The notes under the pieces are model-generated. The model did not search any database, was not told where the DNA came from, and saw only the letters and a program-made list of their open reading frames with translations. This document shows positions 27,607 through 36,950 of a stretch of DNA of 64,000 bases, in pieces; the first letter of the stretch is position 1, and every line of letters begins with the position of its first letter. A program made the position numbers and the translations under genes. The DNA is from an uncultured SAR116 cluster alpha proteobacterium (lineage in GTDB: Bacteria; Pseudomonadota; Alphaproteobacteria; Puniceispirillales; Puniceispirillaceae). Location: assembly GCA_902559985.1 (NCBI GenBank), contig CACEJY010000004.1, positions 1,372 to 65,371 of the forward strand, read 5' to 3'.

Positions 27607-28695
27607 CTAATCAGCACCGATATAATGCGCACGCTCCGGGTCCCAGCTTACAAAAACCTTACCCGTATGCTTAAGGTCCATATCGGCAAGCTCTCTTTCT
27701 TGAATCTGCACTTTAAACTCGCTACCGTCTCTGGCCTCAAGAAACAGGGTGACCACGGATCCGATAAATTCTTCTGAAATTAACGAACATTCTATTTGGT
27801 TGCCAGCACGCGGCTTTTTTGACGAAAGGTGGACGAGATCGGCGGCAATAACAAAACTGCCCTCGTCTCCTGGCGACGGCTTAGCTCTACCCCCAAGACT
27901 TACCTTAAAATCACCAAGGCTCCCATTGATCAAAACACTCTTGCCGCTGGAAGATTTTATCTTACCGCTTATAATATTATTACGGCCAACAAATTCCGCC
28001 ACAAACCGATTATCAGGGGCACGGTAAATATCTTTTGGCGTACCTATCTGTGCAATCCGACCGCGTGACATAATCACCACCCTATCGGCCATTGCAAAAG
28101 CTTCAGACTGCGAATGAGTGACATAAACAAAAGTGATGCCAAGTTCGCGCTGAAGACGAGTCAACATTGATTGCATACGAATAACAAGGTTTGCATCTAA
28201 TGCGGAGAGTGGCTCATCAAGTAATAGAATTTTTGGCTCTGTCACCAGTGAGCGGGCCAATGCGACGCGCTGTTTTTGGCCGCCAGAAAGGCTGCTGATA
28301 TCACGCTCGGCAAACTCACCAATCTCAAGACGATCCAGCCAATCAAGCGCTCTTTTGCGGCGGGTAGCGGCATCAACGCCACGCATCTGTAAACCAAATT
28401 CAACATTTTCCCGAGCATTCAAAAAAGGAAACAGCGCCAGCGATTGCCAGACAAGGGGTGTATCACGTTCATGCGCCGGCACCGCATTCATCACCCGGCC
28501 CTGCATTCGTACTTCCCCTTCGGACGGCTGTTCCAGTCCAGCCAACATGCGAAGTGTTGTTGTTTTTCCACAACCAGATGGTCCCATAATGGCAACAAAT
28601 TCACCCTCATCAATGGTGAAATTCATTCGTTCCACCGCGGTGAAATCCCCAAATTTTTTGACGACAGAGTCAAATTCTACCAATGAATCAGTCAT
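27607..28695 (-). CDS. ABC transporter ATP-binding protein (PotA-like)
   Basis: GPSGCGKT, LSGGQKQR, LLLDEP, TOBE-like C-terminus. Confidence 0.93.
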   Translation of the reverse strand: MTDSLVEFDSVVKKFGDFTAVERMNFTIDEGEFVAIMGPSGCGKTTTLRMLAGLEQPSEGEVRMQGRVMNAVPAHERDTPLVWQSLALFPFLNARENVEFGLQMRGVDAATRRKRALDWLDRLEIGEFAERDISSLSGGQKQRVALARSLVTEPKILLLDEPLSALDANLVIRMQSMLTRLQRELGITFVYVTHSQSEAFAMADRVVIMSRGRIAQIGTPKDIYRAPDNRFVAEFVGRNNIISGKIKSSSGKSVLINGSLGDFKVSLGGRAKPSPGDEGSFVIAADLVHLSSKKPRAGNQIECSLISEEFIGSVVTLFLEARDGSEFKVQIQERELADMDLKHTGKVFVSWDPERAHYIGAD

Positions 28696-29494
28696 GATTT
28701 TCCTTTTCTGTCTTGTTCTTTGTCATCAGAACCACCTGGGCGATAATGACTAATGTCATCGAGGTCAGAAAGACAAAGCTTCCAATGGCATTTACTTGCG
28801 GATCAATATTGCCGGTTACAATTTCCAAAATCACCACCGGAATAGTTTTGTTAAGTCCAGATATAAACCAAGCAATTGCAAATTCATCAAATGACACCGC
28901 CGCCGTTAGGCAGAAAGATGAAACAATCGCCGGTCGGCAGAACGGAATAATAACGCGCCGCAAAGCCCGCCATTGATTAGCGCCAAGATTCCATGCCGCC
29001 GCTTCGAGGCTTTCATCCATCTGACTAAGCCTCAACCTGATAATAGCCATTGCAAAAGGTGCTGTTAACACGGTGTGGGCAATGATAATTGAGAATACCT
29101 GCCCAGAAAGACCAATCTTAGCAAACCAGGCTAGCATCGCTAGCGCCATTATGATTAGCGGAATGGTTGGTGGCAAAAGGATCAGCGCAAGATAAAGTGG
29201 TTTTAGTTTGAAGCGATACCTATAATCGGTATAGGCGGTTGTAAAACCCAAAAACGTTGCAATTGTTGCAACCGAAAATGAAACAAGAAGGCTTGTCCTT
29301 GCCGCTTCCCAAACATCAGGGTCCTGCCAGATTGTTTCGTACCATTTCAGCGTAAACCCACCAAGGGGAATGGTTGGAAACCGGTCCGAATTAAATGAAA
29401 AAATGATGCTGAATAAAATTGGGGAAAAGATGAAAACAAACACTAAACCCAGATATCCATAAAGAAACCATTTTAGCAGACGATCCGGTTTCAT
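28688..29494 (-). CDS. ABC transporter permease (PotC-like)
   Basis: FSFN...GFTLKWY, LEAAAWNLGA, SFDEF. Confidence 0.92.
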   Translation of the reverse strand: MKPDRLLKWFLYGYLGLVFVFIFSPILFSIIFSFNSDRFPTIPLGGFTLKWYETIWQDPDVWEAARTSLLVSFSVATIATFLGFTTAYTDYRYRFKLKPLYLALILLPPTIPLIIMALAMLAWFAKIGLSGQVFSIIIAHTVLTAPFAMAIIRLRLSQMDESLEAAAWNLGANQWRALRRVIIPFCRPAIVSSFCLTAAVSFDEFAIAWFISGLNKTIPVVILEIVTGNIDPQVNAIGSFVFLTSMTLVIIAQVVLMTKNKTEKENHD

Positions 29495-30393
29495 CTAACC
29501 CTCCGCCGATAGGCAGCCGCGATACCACCAAAGGCAACGATGAACAACGTCACCATCATAACCACTGCCACCACGGCGGCCCGCGGCCATTGCTGGCCGG
29601 ACTTAACGGTATCGACAATTAAGATTGGCAGGGTTGGCGGTTTTGACCCGCCAAGGTAATAGGGGCTGACAAAATCACCAAATGACAGAATGAAACAGAA
29701 GACCGCCGCAATGATTAATCCAGTTCTGGCCAGGGGCAGTACAATACGAAATACAGTTCGCCATGGCCGGCATCCGAGGTTATGCGCTGCTTCGACAAGC
29801 GACCGGTCAATGTTGGCAAGCGAGAGCGTTTGCAAAATTATGACCAGTGGTAACGTCAGTGTCATGTAGCCCACAATCGTACCAAACTTTGTGTTCAACA
29901 TGATGTAAGGACCGAGGCCAATATAACCCAGCATGGCATTGATCACACCACTCTCGGCAAGGATCACGTACCATGAGAAAATGCGCACAAGGTAGCTAGT
30001 GAAAAATGGGATAATTAGCAAAAAGACAGCCCAGCGGCGGGTGTTTTCTGACACCTTAAACGCAAGCGTGTAGGCGGCCGGAAAAGCCACGGTCATCACC
30101 ACCAGTGTCGCCAGCGTAGCAAGACCAATAGTCAATCCATAACTATCCCAGAAATAGTCTCGCCCCATCATCTTGAGCCAATTCTTCATTTCAAAGGCTT
30201 CAGTCATCCGGTAATTACGGACAATGAAGAATGACATCGCTACCATAAAGATCAGTGGCGCAATAAAAAATAACGCCTGCCAGATAATGATGGGAAGACG
30301 AAGCGCGTTTTTGAATGTCAGCTGATGACTGAGCAAACGTTTAGGCGTGGTTTCAACCAATGCCGATTGCGTTCTTTTCCCCGAGACGGGCAT
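29491..30393 (-). CDS. ABC transporter permease (PotB-like)
   Basis: PFFTSYLVR, GVIN, LVEAAHNLG, FGDFVSP..LGG. Confidence 0.92.
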   Translation of the reverse strand: MPVSGKRTQSALVETTPKRLLSHQLTFKNALRLPIIIWQALFFIAPLIFMVAMSFFIVRNYRMTEAFEMKNWLKMMGRDYFWDSYGLTIGLATLATLVVMTVAFPAAYTLAFKVSENTRRWAVFLLIIPFFTSYLVRIFSWYVILAESGVINAMLGYIGLGPYIMLNTKFGTIVGYMTLTLPLVIILQTLSLANIDRSLVEAAHNLGCRPWRTVFRIVLPLARTGLIIAAVFCFILSFGDFVSPYYLGGSKPPTLPILIVDTVKSGQQWPRAAVVAVVMMVTLFIVAFGGIAAAYRRRVR

Positions 30394-30422
30394 GGCCTGC
30401 CACCCTAGCTTTTTGTGCTCTT

Positions 30423-30460
30423 AAAAAATGAAGCCAGGGCAGGAGATATCCCCTGCCCTG
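30423..30460 (-). terminator. stem-loop after SBP gene
   Basis: CAGGGCAGG/CCTGCCCTG stem (30435-30460) with A6 at 30423-30428 (U-tract on the minus strand). Confidence 0.55.
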
Positions 30461-30481
30461 CCCTGCATTCTATCATGATGA

Positions 30482-31618
30482 TTATGCGTTTTTATATTCA
30501 GACCAAAAGTCGTTCCAATCTTCCAGTGACTGCTGGACCGGGATATTCCGATAATGTATGCGGCCTTCCTTGACCAGTGTGATCGGATCATTCGCCATAC
30601 CATCAATCTGACCCGTACGTTTAGCTTCCTTGCGATCCATTTCAATGAGCTTAGCGCGCCCAGATTTGGTAATAGCAAAACCCGGGTACGCTGCCATGTT
30701 TGCTGATTTTACCTGACCAACTGGAGACAACATGTACTGAATGAATTTTTTCACAATTTCTGCTTTTTCAGAGCCTTTTCCAATGCAATAGGACTCTGTC
30801 CATTGGATACCGCCTTCTTTTGGAACAACGGAGCCCACCGGTGCGCCGTCTTTTTCTAACACACCAGTTATCCAGTCACCAATGCCGCACATGGCTTGCA
30901 TCTCACCATTTTTCAGCGAGTTGAAAGTTCCACCGTAGTCGAAGTATCCCCCGACCTGCGGACGAAGCGACAGAGTTGTAGCTTGAACCTTCTTCCACTG
31001 GCTGCTTGAAAGATCCCAAAGACCCGCACCGTTACCATCGTAGAGGCTCATCATGCCAAGGCTCGGCAAATGCCAGTCAAAATGGCCAACCTTGCCCTTC
31101 ACTTCAGGCTTCCAAAAACAAGAATAGCTCATCGCTTCTTCGGCGCTAATGGCGTTTTTATTATAGGACACACCAAGATGTCCAAAGCGAACCATCATCG
31201 AATACAGCTTACCATCTTTCCAATGGCCAGGAAACTTCTGGAAATCCTCATAAAGCATGTCATCAAAGGGATAATCAGCGGCGTTCAATTCTTCGATATA
31301 ACCTGCTGCGTTTAGCTGCTGCACAAATTCACCATCTGAAAGAATGACATCGTAGGTTCCGGGCGGTGACTGCGCGATAAGGCCAAGCATATTATCACCA
31401 CCTGCATAATATTTTGGTTTAAATTTAACATTGTTAGCCGCTTCAAACTCACTGACGATATCCGGTTCACCATGTCCGTACCAAGCCAGCATATTAATCT
31501 CAACCGGTGCCGCCCAGGCCCTAGAGATAAACGGGGTAGACAACATTGTTGCGCCGCCATAGGCCAGTACCTGACGACGTGACGGTTTATGTGTCAAGAT
31601 TGATCCTTTGGTTTTCAT
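30482..31618 (-). CDS. PotD/PotF-like substrate-binding protein with Tat signal
   Basis: SRRQVL twin-arginine signal, AWAA cleavage; PKEGGIQW, KFIQYMLSP. Confidence 0.88.
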   Translation of the reverse strand: MKTKGSILTHKPSRRQVLAYGGATMLSTPFISRAWAAPVEINMLAWYGHGEPDIVSEFEAANNVKFKPKYYAGGDNMLGLIAQSPPGTYDVILSDGEFVQQLNAAGYIEELNAADYPFDDMLYEDFQKFPGHWKDGKLYSMMVRFGHLGVSYNKNAISAEEAMSYSCFWKPEVKGKVGHFDWHLPSLGMMSLYDGNGAGLWDLSSSQWKKVQATTLSLRPQVGGYFDYGGTFNSLKNGEMQAMCGIGDWITGVLEKDGAPVGSVVPKEGGIQWTESYCIGKGSEKAEIVKKFIQYMLSPVGQVKSANMAAYPGFAITKSGRAKLIEMDRKEAKRTGQIDGMANDPITLVKEGRIHYRNIPVQQSLEDWNDFWSEYKNA

Positions 31619-31773
31619 AGCTGAGACTCTCCTGTTGTTGCTTTGGTAGGAAATAATTCTTCACCAGATTTACGGAATTTGCAAAAATATTCCTCGCAAA
31701 ACTTTACTGTTTGATGAATATTTGAGCAATCTCAGCCGTAAAATTTAGTGTTAGTAAACTAGGTAGGTGAACC

Positions 31774-32517
31774 GTGAACAGGGCAGAATTCCATGATTTC
31801 TTCAAGAATTCAGGACCAATTATCCTGCCAGTTATTCATGTGATTAGCAAAACCCAGACCGCGGTCAATATAAACAAGCTTATCGCTGCGGATATAAAAG
31901 GCTGCTTTCTGATCAACCATGATTTCGATATGGAAACATTCCTGCCCATAATCCGCTCGATTCGCACAGACTATCCAGATTTCTGGATTGGAATTAACTT
32001 CCTTGCCGTTACTGGCCTTGTCGCATTTCCAATTCTCGCGTCCCTAAAAAATGAAGGGTGTCGTATCGATGCTTATTGGGGCGATGATGCGCGCATTGAT
32101 GAGCGCCAACCCTATCAGGCCGAAGCCGAGACAATCTCAAAAACTCGACACGAATGTGGTTGGGCAGGGCTTTATTTTGGAGGTACCGCTTTCAAGAAAC
32201 AGCGTCCCGTTGATCCCAAAGATTACGATGTATCGGCTATGTTGGCGGCCAATTATATGGATGTCGTTACCACATCAGGCACTGCAACAGGCAACGCAGC
32301 CGAAATTAGCAAAATCACGACATTCCGATCTGCACTACCCGACACACCTATCGCACTTGCTTCTGGCATTACGCCATACAATGCGCTGGATTACAAAATG
32401 GTGGATTGTTTCATGGTTGCGACGGGGATAAATATAGATGATGATTTCTATAATATCGATTCGGAAAAGCTTAACCAGTTAATTTCGCAGTGTAAAAAAA
32501 TGGAAGGCCCAGACTGA
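31774..32517 (+). CDS. BtpA/SgcQ-like phosphate-binding TIM-barrel protein
   Basis: ILPVIH, FLINH, WIGINFL, FGGTAFK, VVTTSG.ATG, LASGITP.N, VATG. Confidence 0.7.
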   Translation: MNRAEFHDFFKNSGPIILPVIHVISKTQTAVNINKLIAADIKGCFLINHDFDMETFLPIIRSIRTDYPDFWIGINFLAVTGLVAFPILASLKNEGCRIDAYWGDDARIDERQPYQAEAETISKTRHECGWAGLYFGGTAFKKQRPVDPKDYDVSAMLAANYMDVVTTSGTATGNAAEISKITTFRSALPDTPIALASGITPYNALDYKMVDCFMVATGINIDDDFYNIDSEKLNQLISQCKKMEGPD

Positions 32518-33158
32518 TGGCGATAACGAAATCAAACAACGCACAGACAAAAAAGGACAGGTGGTATCTCGATATCATGTCACCTAACACCAAAGGGGAG
32601 AAGTTTGCGTGGCTTGACCCAACGTCAATCTATATAAATGGGGACGCGTTTCACGATTTACTCAACGATCTTGTGCTAGATCTCAAGAATGTGAAATGTG
32701 ATGTTGTTGCTGGCCTTGATGCAATGGGCTTTGTCCTAGGAACGGCACTTGCCACTCGTCTCAACGTTGGATTTCTTCCCATTCGTAAAGCCGGTAAGCT
32801 ATGTGTCGATACTGACAGCGTTACCTTTACAAATTACTCAGGCCGCACTCAGGATATGGAAGTACGGACTCCAGCTTTTCTCAGCGGCACTCGCGTTTTG
32901 CTGGTTGATCAATGGATTGAAACTGGCGGGACAATGGATGGGGCAATCCGCCTTGTTAAACGGCAGGAAGGCATTGTTGCCGGCCTTGTGGCGATTGCTA
33001 TGGAGAGCAACGACAAAACCGATGAGTATCGAAAGCGCTTTCCTTGTATTACCGCAGTGCAACCAAACACTGAACTCCAAACACAATGTGACCGTCAATC
33101 GCTCGATAGTTTCAAAGCCTATAAACCCAAAATGGCCTTTCCAAAATTACTCGGCTAA
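32517..33158 (+). CDS. type I phosphoribosyltransferase (adenine PRTase-like)
   Basis: VAGLDAMGF, PIRKAGKL, PRPP loop VLLVDQWIETGGT; 1-nt overlap with upstream gene. Confidence 0.85.
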   Translation: MAITKSNNAQTKKDRWYLDIMSPNTKGEKFAWLDPTSIYINGDAFHDLLNDLVLDLKNVKCDVVAGLDAMGFVLGTALATRLNVGFLPIRKAGKLCVDTDSVTFTNYSGRTQDMEVRTPAFLSGTRVLLVDQWIETGGTMDGAIRLVKRQEGIVAGLVAIAMESNDKTDEYRKRFPCITAVQPNTELQTQCDRQSLDSFKAYKPKMAFPKLLG

Positions 33159-33279
33159 AAATACCCAAAAAGCCTGTTGAAAACAAATTCGTCGGGCACC
33201 ATTTAGCCCGCCGAACAACAAGTGGGTTAACAAAATGAACTTAAAACACTAAGATGCCGTGATCAGAGGGGATTCAACA

Positions 33280-33708
33280 ATGCTTGAAAAGTGTATAAAA
33301 GCTGGGCTCCGAATGACGAACCAACGAGTGTCAATAGCCACAACGTTGGATGAGTCTCTTGATCATCCGGATGCTGACGAAATATATCGAAGGGCGCACG
33401 AATTAGATCCAACTATATCTATTGCAACTGTTTACCGGACACTCGGAATTTTTGAAAAAGCTGGTTTAATACAGAAAGTAACAGTCGGAGACGGACGGTC
33501 ACATTACGAAGTAGCCCGCGATGATCATGAGCATTTGGTTGACATTGAAAACGGTCAAATTCACGAATTTCAGAGTGAACAGCTCCAGGCTTTACTGACC
33601 AACATTGCAGATGAGATGGGCTTTGAGCTCACTGGTCATAAATTGCAAGTCTATGGCAAAAAACATGGAAATGTTGCCTGCAGGTGCATTCAAATAAAAG
33701 TTTACTGA
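33280..33708 (+). CDS. fur: Fur family transcriptional regulator
   Basis: GLRMT.QR, HPDADEIY, ISIATVYRTL, HYE, HEHLVD; start ATG 33280. Confidence 0.88.
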   Translation: MLEKCIKAGLRMTNQRVSIATTLDESLDHPDADEIYRRAHELDPTISIATVYRTLGIFEKAGLIQKVTVGDGRSHYEVARDDHEHLVDIENGQIHEFQSEQLQALLTNIADEMGFELTGHKLQVYGKKHGNVACRCIQIKVY

Positions 33709-33726
33709 GACAACGAAGACAATTAA

Positions 33727-34983
33727 TTAACTGTTTTTATCCAGTTGGTCGTTAATTTCCACGAGACCATTTATTAGCGATCCAAGACCTGCTGAACGGA
33801 TAGGCAAATAAGGTTTAGCCATTCTTTTGCAGAGCTTTTTGGCTTCAAGTGCGCTCGAGTGACTGACACAGTTGGTAGGAAACAAGACTGCGTCTGCACT
33901 TGAAACCGCACTTGATAAGGAAGCCAGTGAGTCCTCTTTACCACCATCGTGATAAACTAAATTACCATTCATTTTCTTCACAATGTCACACATGCGACAC
34001 ATTGCACCACGTCGGCCACCAATATATAGGACACATTTTCCAGCCAAATCACATGACTTTGAACCAGCTAAGCCTCTTGCTCGAATATTATCAAGCACAA
34101 GTTCAATAGACAACATTTCAGTGTTTAACAAATCGATTTGACTATCTTTTTCGTCTACCTCAGCGCGTAACCTGGAATTTTCAATTGTAATTTGTTCCAC
34201 CTTGCCTGTCATTTTTGAAATCATTTTCTTTGCCTTTTTAAGCGGCAATACATCAGCAGGGTTCTCTTTTGACAACAATTCACCACTAAGCATCACACCG
34301 TTACTAAAGGCCGAATCTCTATCCTCTTCAATAGATTGGTTCAGTCGCGTTAAACGACTCTCAAGATCCTTGTTGATGTGATTTAAAACGATTATTTTTT
34401 CTTCTTGTGCATTTATTATATCTGTCTTGTTCTTAACTTTTACATTGTTGCTTACAATGAGTTTTTTAATTTTGTCGTGGGCATTCGCAAGCTCAATTTC
34501 CAGCTCTGTAATTCTTACAATATTTGCTTGGTTTGATGACCCAACCAAATGGGACAGCATATGGACATCCGAATACACCTTGACGCCAGCCTCATTGCTG
34601 AGACATGGGTGACTTAATGCCGCCCAATAAGGCCCAGGAATGTTTCCAACAGAGAATGCGTCTCGCCAGAGGGCCAGCAGTTCGTCGCTGTCCTTACAAG
34701 GTCTAAATATTTTGATGGAGTTGTCGAATTTTTTATTGAGCGTTTTATTGATTAAACGGGATGTCCAATTTTTTTTTGCACATTCCTGCACCAAAACTGA
34801 ATGGATAGTGGCATCAAGATCCTCTTTATTTGGGCACGTGACATTAATCTTTTTGCCAATTTGTCGGGCCTCACCAAGAGACAGGCAAGTGCCAACGATG
34901 GAGCAATGTTGTGTGTAGGGTATTTCCCATATCGACTTCTGCTTGTGCGCTTCTGGTGGCATTGCGATATGATCAATTTCCAT
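33727..34983 (-). CDS. DUF2325 domain-containing protein (Cys/His N-domain, coiled coil, C-terminal DUF2325)
   Basis: HCSIVGTCL, GPYWAALSHP, DVHMLSHLVG; C-terminal LYIGGR, HDGG, ADAVLFPTNCVSH..A..AKKLCKR..KP. Confidence 0.8.
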   Translation of the reverse strand: MEIDHIAMPPEAHKQKSIWEIPYTQHCSIVGTCLSLGEARQIGKKINVTCPNKEDLDATIHSVLVQECAKKNWTSRLINKTLNKKFDNSIKIFRPCKDSDELLALWRDAFSVGNIPGPYWAALSHPCLSNEAGVKVYSDVHMLSHLVGSSNQANIVRITELEIELANAHDKIKKLIVSNNVKVKNKTDIINAQEEKIIVLNHINKDLESRLTRLNQSIEEDRDSAFSNGVMLSGELLSKENPADVLPLKKAKKMISKMTGKVEQITIENSRLRAEVDEKDSQIDLLNTEMLSIELVLDNIRARGLAGSKSCDLAGKCVLYIGGRRGAMCRMCDIVKKMNGNLVYHDGGKEDSLASLSSAVSSADAVLFPTNCVSHSSALEAKKLCKRMAKPYLPIRSAGLGSLINGLVEINDQLDKNS

Positions 34984-35031
34984 CCCCTACTCCTTCATTT
35001 TTTAAGAGAGTTGCGAATCAAGACATGCAAT

Positions 35032-35046
35032 TAAGAATCATTCTTA
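35032..35046. promoter_or_regulatory. Fur box (7-1-7 palindrome) upstream of DUF2325 gene
   Basis: TAAGAAT-C-ATTCTTA is a perfect inverted repeat resembling TGATAATnATTATCA. Confidence 0.7.
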
Positions 35047-35074
35047 TAAAATGCCTTGACGGCCCGGTCAACTA

Positions 35075-35097
35075 ATATTAATAATGATTCTTAATAT
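35075..35097. promoter_or_regulatory. second Fur box upstream of DUF4856 operon
   Basis: ATAT-TAATAAT-G-ATTCTTA-ATAT, an 11-1-11 palindrome with one mismatched pair. Confidence 0.7.
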
Positions 35098-35484
35098 CAT
35101 TGATTTCCAAAAAATACTCTGATAGGTACGCACGTAGGGATAGGTCCTGATCGTCTCTCTCAAAAAGTGAAAAGAAGAAAGATGCGGAAAGTAAAATTGT
35201 ATTGTAAGGGGTGCTTTAAACCGAAAAAAATGGAATTTCGACGAAAAGATTCTTTTGTTGCTCGTGCAAGTGACCAGACGGCAACCTTCATCGGTGCGCC
35301 GACGAAAATAAAACTAGAGCAGAACAAACGCGCTCAGGCTGTAACAAATCGCCCCCTTAAAAAACAGAACGAGATTAGGAGCTTTTTAACACTCCAAACA
35401 ATTCAAAAAAAACAAGTTTTCACTCTCCATTAAACAACACTTGAACCCAAAATCCACAGACATTCAAATGAAGGAGTCAGTTCA

Positions 35485-36870
35485 ATGAGCGGATTAAAAA
35501 AATATGGAATATTAACATCGCTGTTAGTTTTTAGCAGCATAACCACAACACATGCATCTTCGGACGTGTACGCAAATTTTCCGATAACGCTAAAAGGGTA
35601 TAGCGGCGACGCCAAAACATCAGAGTCATACGGCGGTCAAATGGCACGTCATATGCTTCACAACGGCCTTAAAAAGGCGGCCTCTTCTGGTGATTTGGCA
35701 AAAATGGAAATGTATTTTAACGGAGCAAAAAGTGTACCCATCCTAGATCCCAAAAGCTCCAGTAAATTCCCAATCAAGCAAAAGCTTGTTGAAGAGTTAT
35801 CGGGTGGAAAAACCCTTGTGAAAAAGACGTATAAGGGCAAGGTTGTTGGCTGGCCAGGAAACATGACTGGTGCAGAAGTAATTCAATTTATGATGGAAAA
35901 GGCGGCGTCGGTGCCAAAGGGTGTCGATACCCTAACGGGCTATAATTACCCACAGCTTATCTCCAAGTTCGCGATGGGCGCAGTTTTTTACAACCAAGCA
36001 TGCACTAACTATCTCGGGGCGAAAAAGCTCAGCTCAAAATCCAAACCAAACGATGCGCCGTACAAAAAAGGTGCAAGATATACCGGCAAAGAACATGTTT
36101 GGGATGAGGCATTTGGCTATTGGGGTGCGGCAGCTCACACGCTAACCCTAAGCGCTAAGGAAAGTTATGAAGTTGCGAAGAAAAAGAACCTGGCAGCAGC
36201 AGATTACAATAAGGACGGCATCGTCGACGCAAGGACAGAAATGACTTACGCCCATGCGTATTATGCCTCTGGCTTTGATAAGGGTGGAAAAACAAATTAC
36301 TTAGAGACCGTAACACGTGCGTTCGTTGATGGTCGTCACACCATCACTTCTGCCAAAGGCGCTAAGATGGGTTGGAATGGAAGAAACAATCTCAAGAAAA
36401 ATGCTGCAATCATATGTTCGAATTGGGAAAAAGTAATTGCAGAGGCAGTGTTTAAATACGCGGGTTCAGTGTATAAGGACCTAGATAAATTAAACACAAT
36501 AATGGAAGCAAAAGGCGATACAAAAAAGGCTTTTGCAACCTATGCAAAGCACTGGGGCGAAGCGAAAGGATTTGCAATGGCATTGGAGGCGGGCGCAACA
36601 GACCGCAGCGCTGTTTCAGCAAAGTTAACCAGCTTACTTGGTTATGGACCTTGGCTTCCAAATCTGTCCCAGGTCACCGACATTGCAAAGGATGGCTCCT
36701 ACGTTAAGGACGAAGCATCCAGTTTGGAAGCCTACCAACTCCATATGTTAAAGATACAAAAGCTTATGGTCGATGAATTTAAAGTTGCTGCCAGAAACAA
36801 TGATATGCTCGGCTCAATAGACGACTTAGCTGCCAAACTAGGTGGTTCTGGTTACGCTGAAAACGACTAA
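35485..36870 (+). CDS. DUF4856 domain-containing secreted protein (putative iron-regulated)
   Basis: Signal peptide; SYGGQ..R, QLISKF.MGAVFYNQ, HVWDEAFGYWG, KHWGE.KGF; RBS AAGGAG. Confidence 0.78.
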   Translation: MSGLKKYGILTSLLVFSSITTTHASSDVYANFPITLKGYSGDAKTSESYGGQMARHMLHNGLKKAASSGDLAKMEMYFNGAKSVPILDPKSSSKFPIKQKLVEELSGGKTLVKKTYKGKVVGWPGNMTGAEVIQFMMEKAASVPKGVDTLTGYNYPQLISKFAMGAVFYNQACTNYLGAKKLSSKSKPNDAPYKKGARYTGKEHVWDEAFGYWGAAAHTLTLSAKESYEVAKKKNLAAADYNKDGIVDARTEMTYAHAYYASGFDKGGKTNYLETVTRAFVDGRHTITSAKGAKMGWNGRNNLKKNAAIICSNWEKVIAEAVFKYAGSVYKDLDKLNTIMEAKGDTKKAFATYAKHWGEAKGFAMALEAGATDRSAVSAKLTSLLGYGPWLPNLSQVTDIAKDGSYVKDEASSLEAYQLHMLKIQKLMVDEFKVAARNNDMLGSIDDLAAKLGGSGYAEND

Positions 36871-36884
36871 TCGTAACTTAACAA

Positions 36885-36912
36885 AGGGCCAAGTGTTGAA
36901 AAACTTGGCCCT
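36885..36912 (+). terminator. stem-loop after DUF4856 gene
   Basis: AGGGCCAAGT/ACTTGGCCCT 10-bp perfect stem with no U-tract (stabiliser or weak terminator). Confidence 0.5.
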
Positions 36913-36950
36913 CATAACTCCAAGATCGGATAGAATAAAGGCTGCCTCCT

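Noticed and set aside
31619-31773. RutR box in the divergent SBP/BtpA intergenic region (TTTACTGTTTGATGAA)
   Set aside because: Too degenerate to call without a position-weight matrix.
35056-35071. TTGACGGCCCGGTCAA as a second RutR or FNR site
   Set aside because: Three mismatches to RutR and wrong spacing for FNR; better explained as back-to-back -35 elements.
35098-35484. Cobalamin or other known riboswitch in the long leader
   Set aside because: I could not find the B12-box/GCCACTG or other recognisable aptamer cores by eye.
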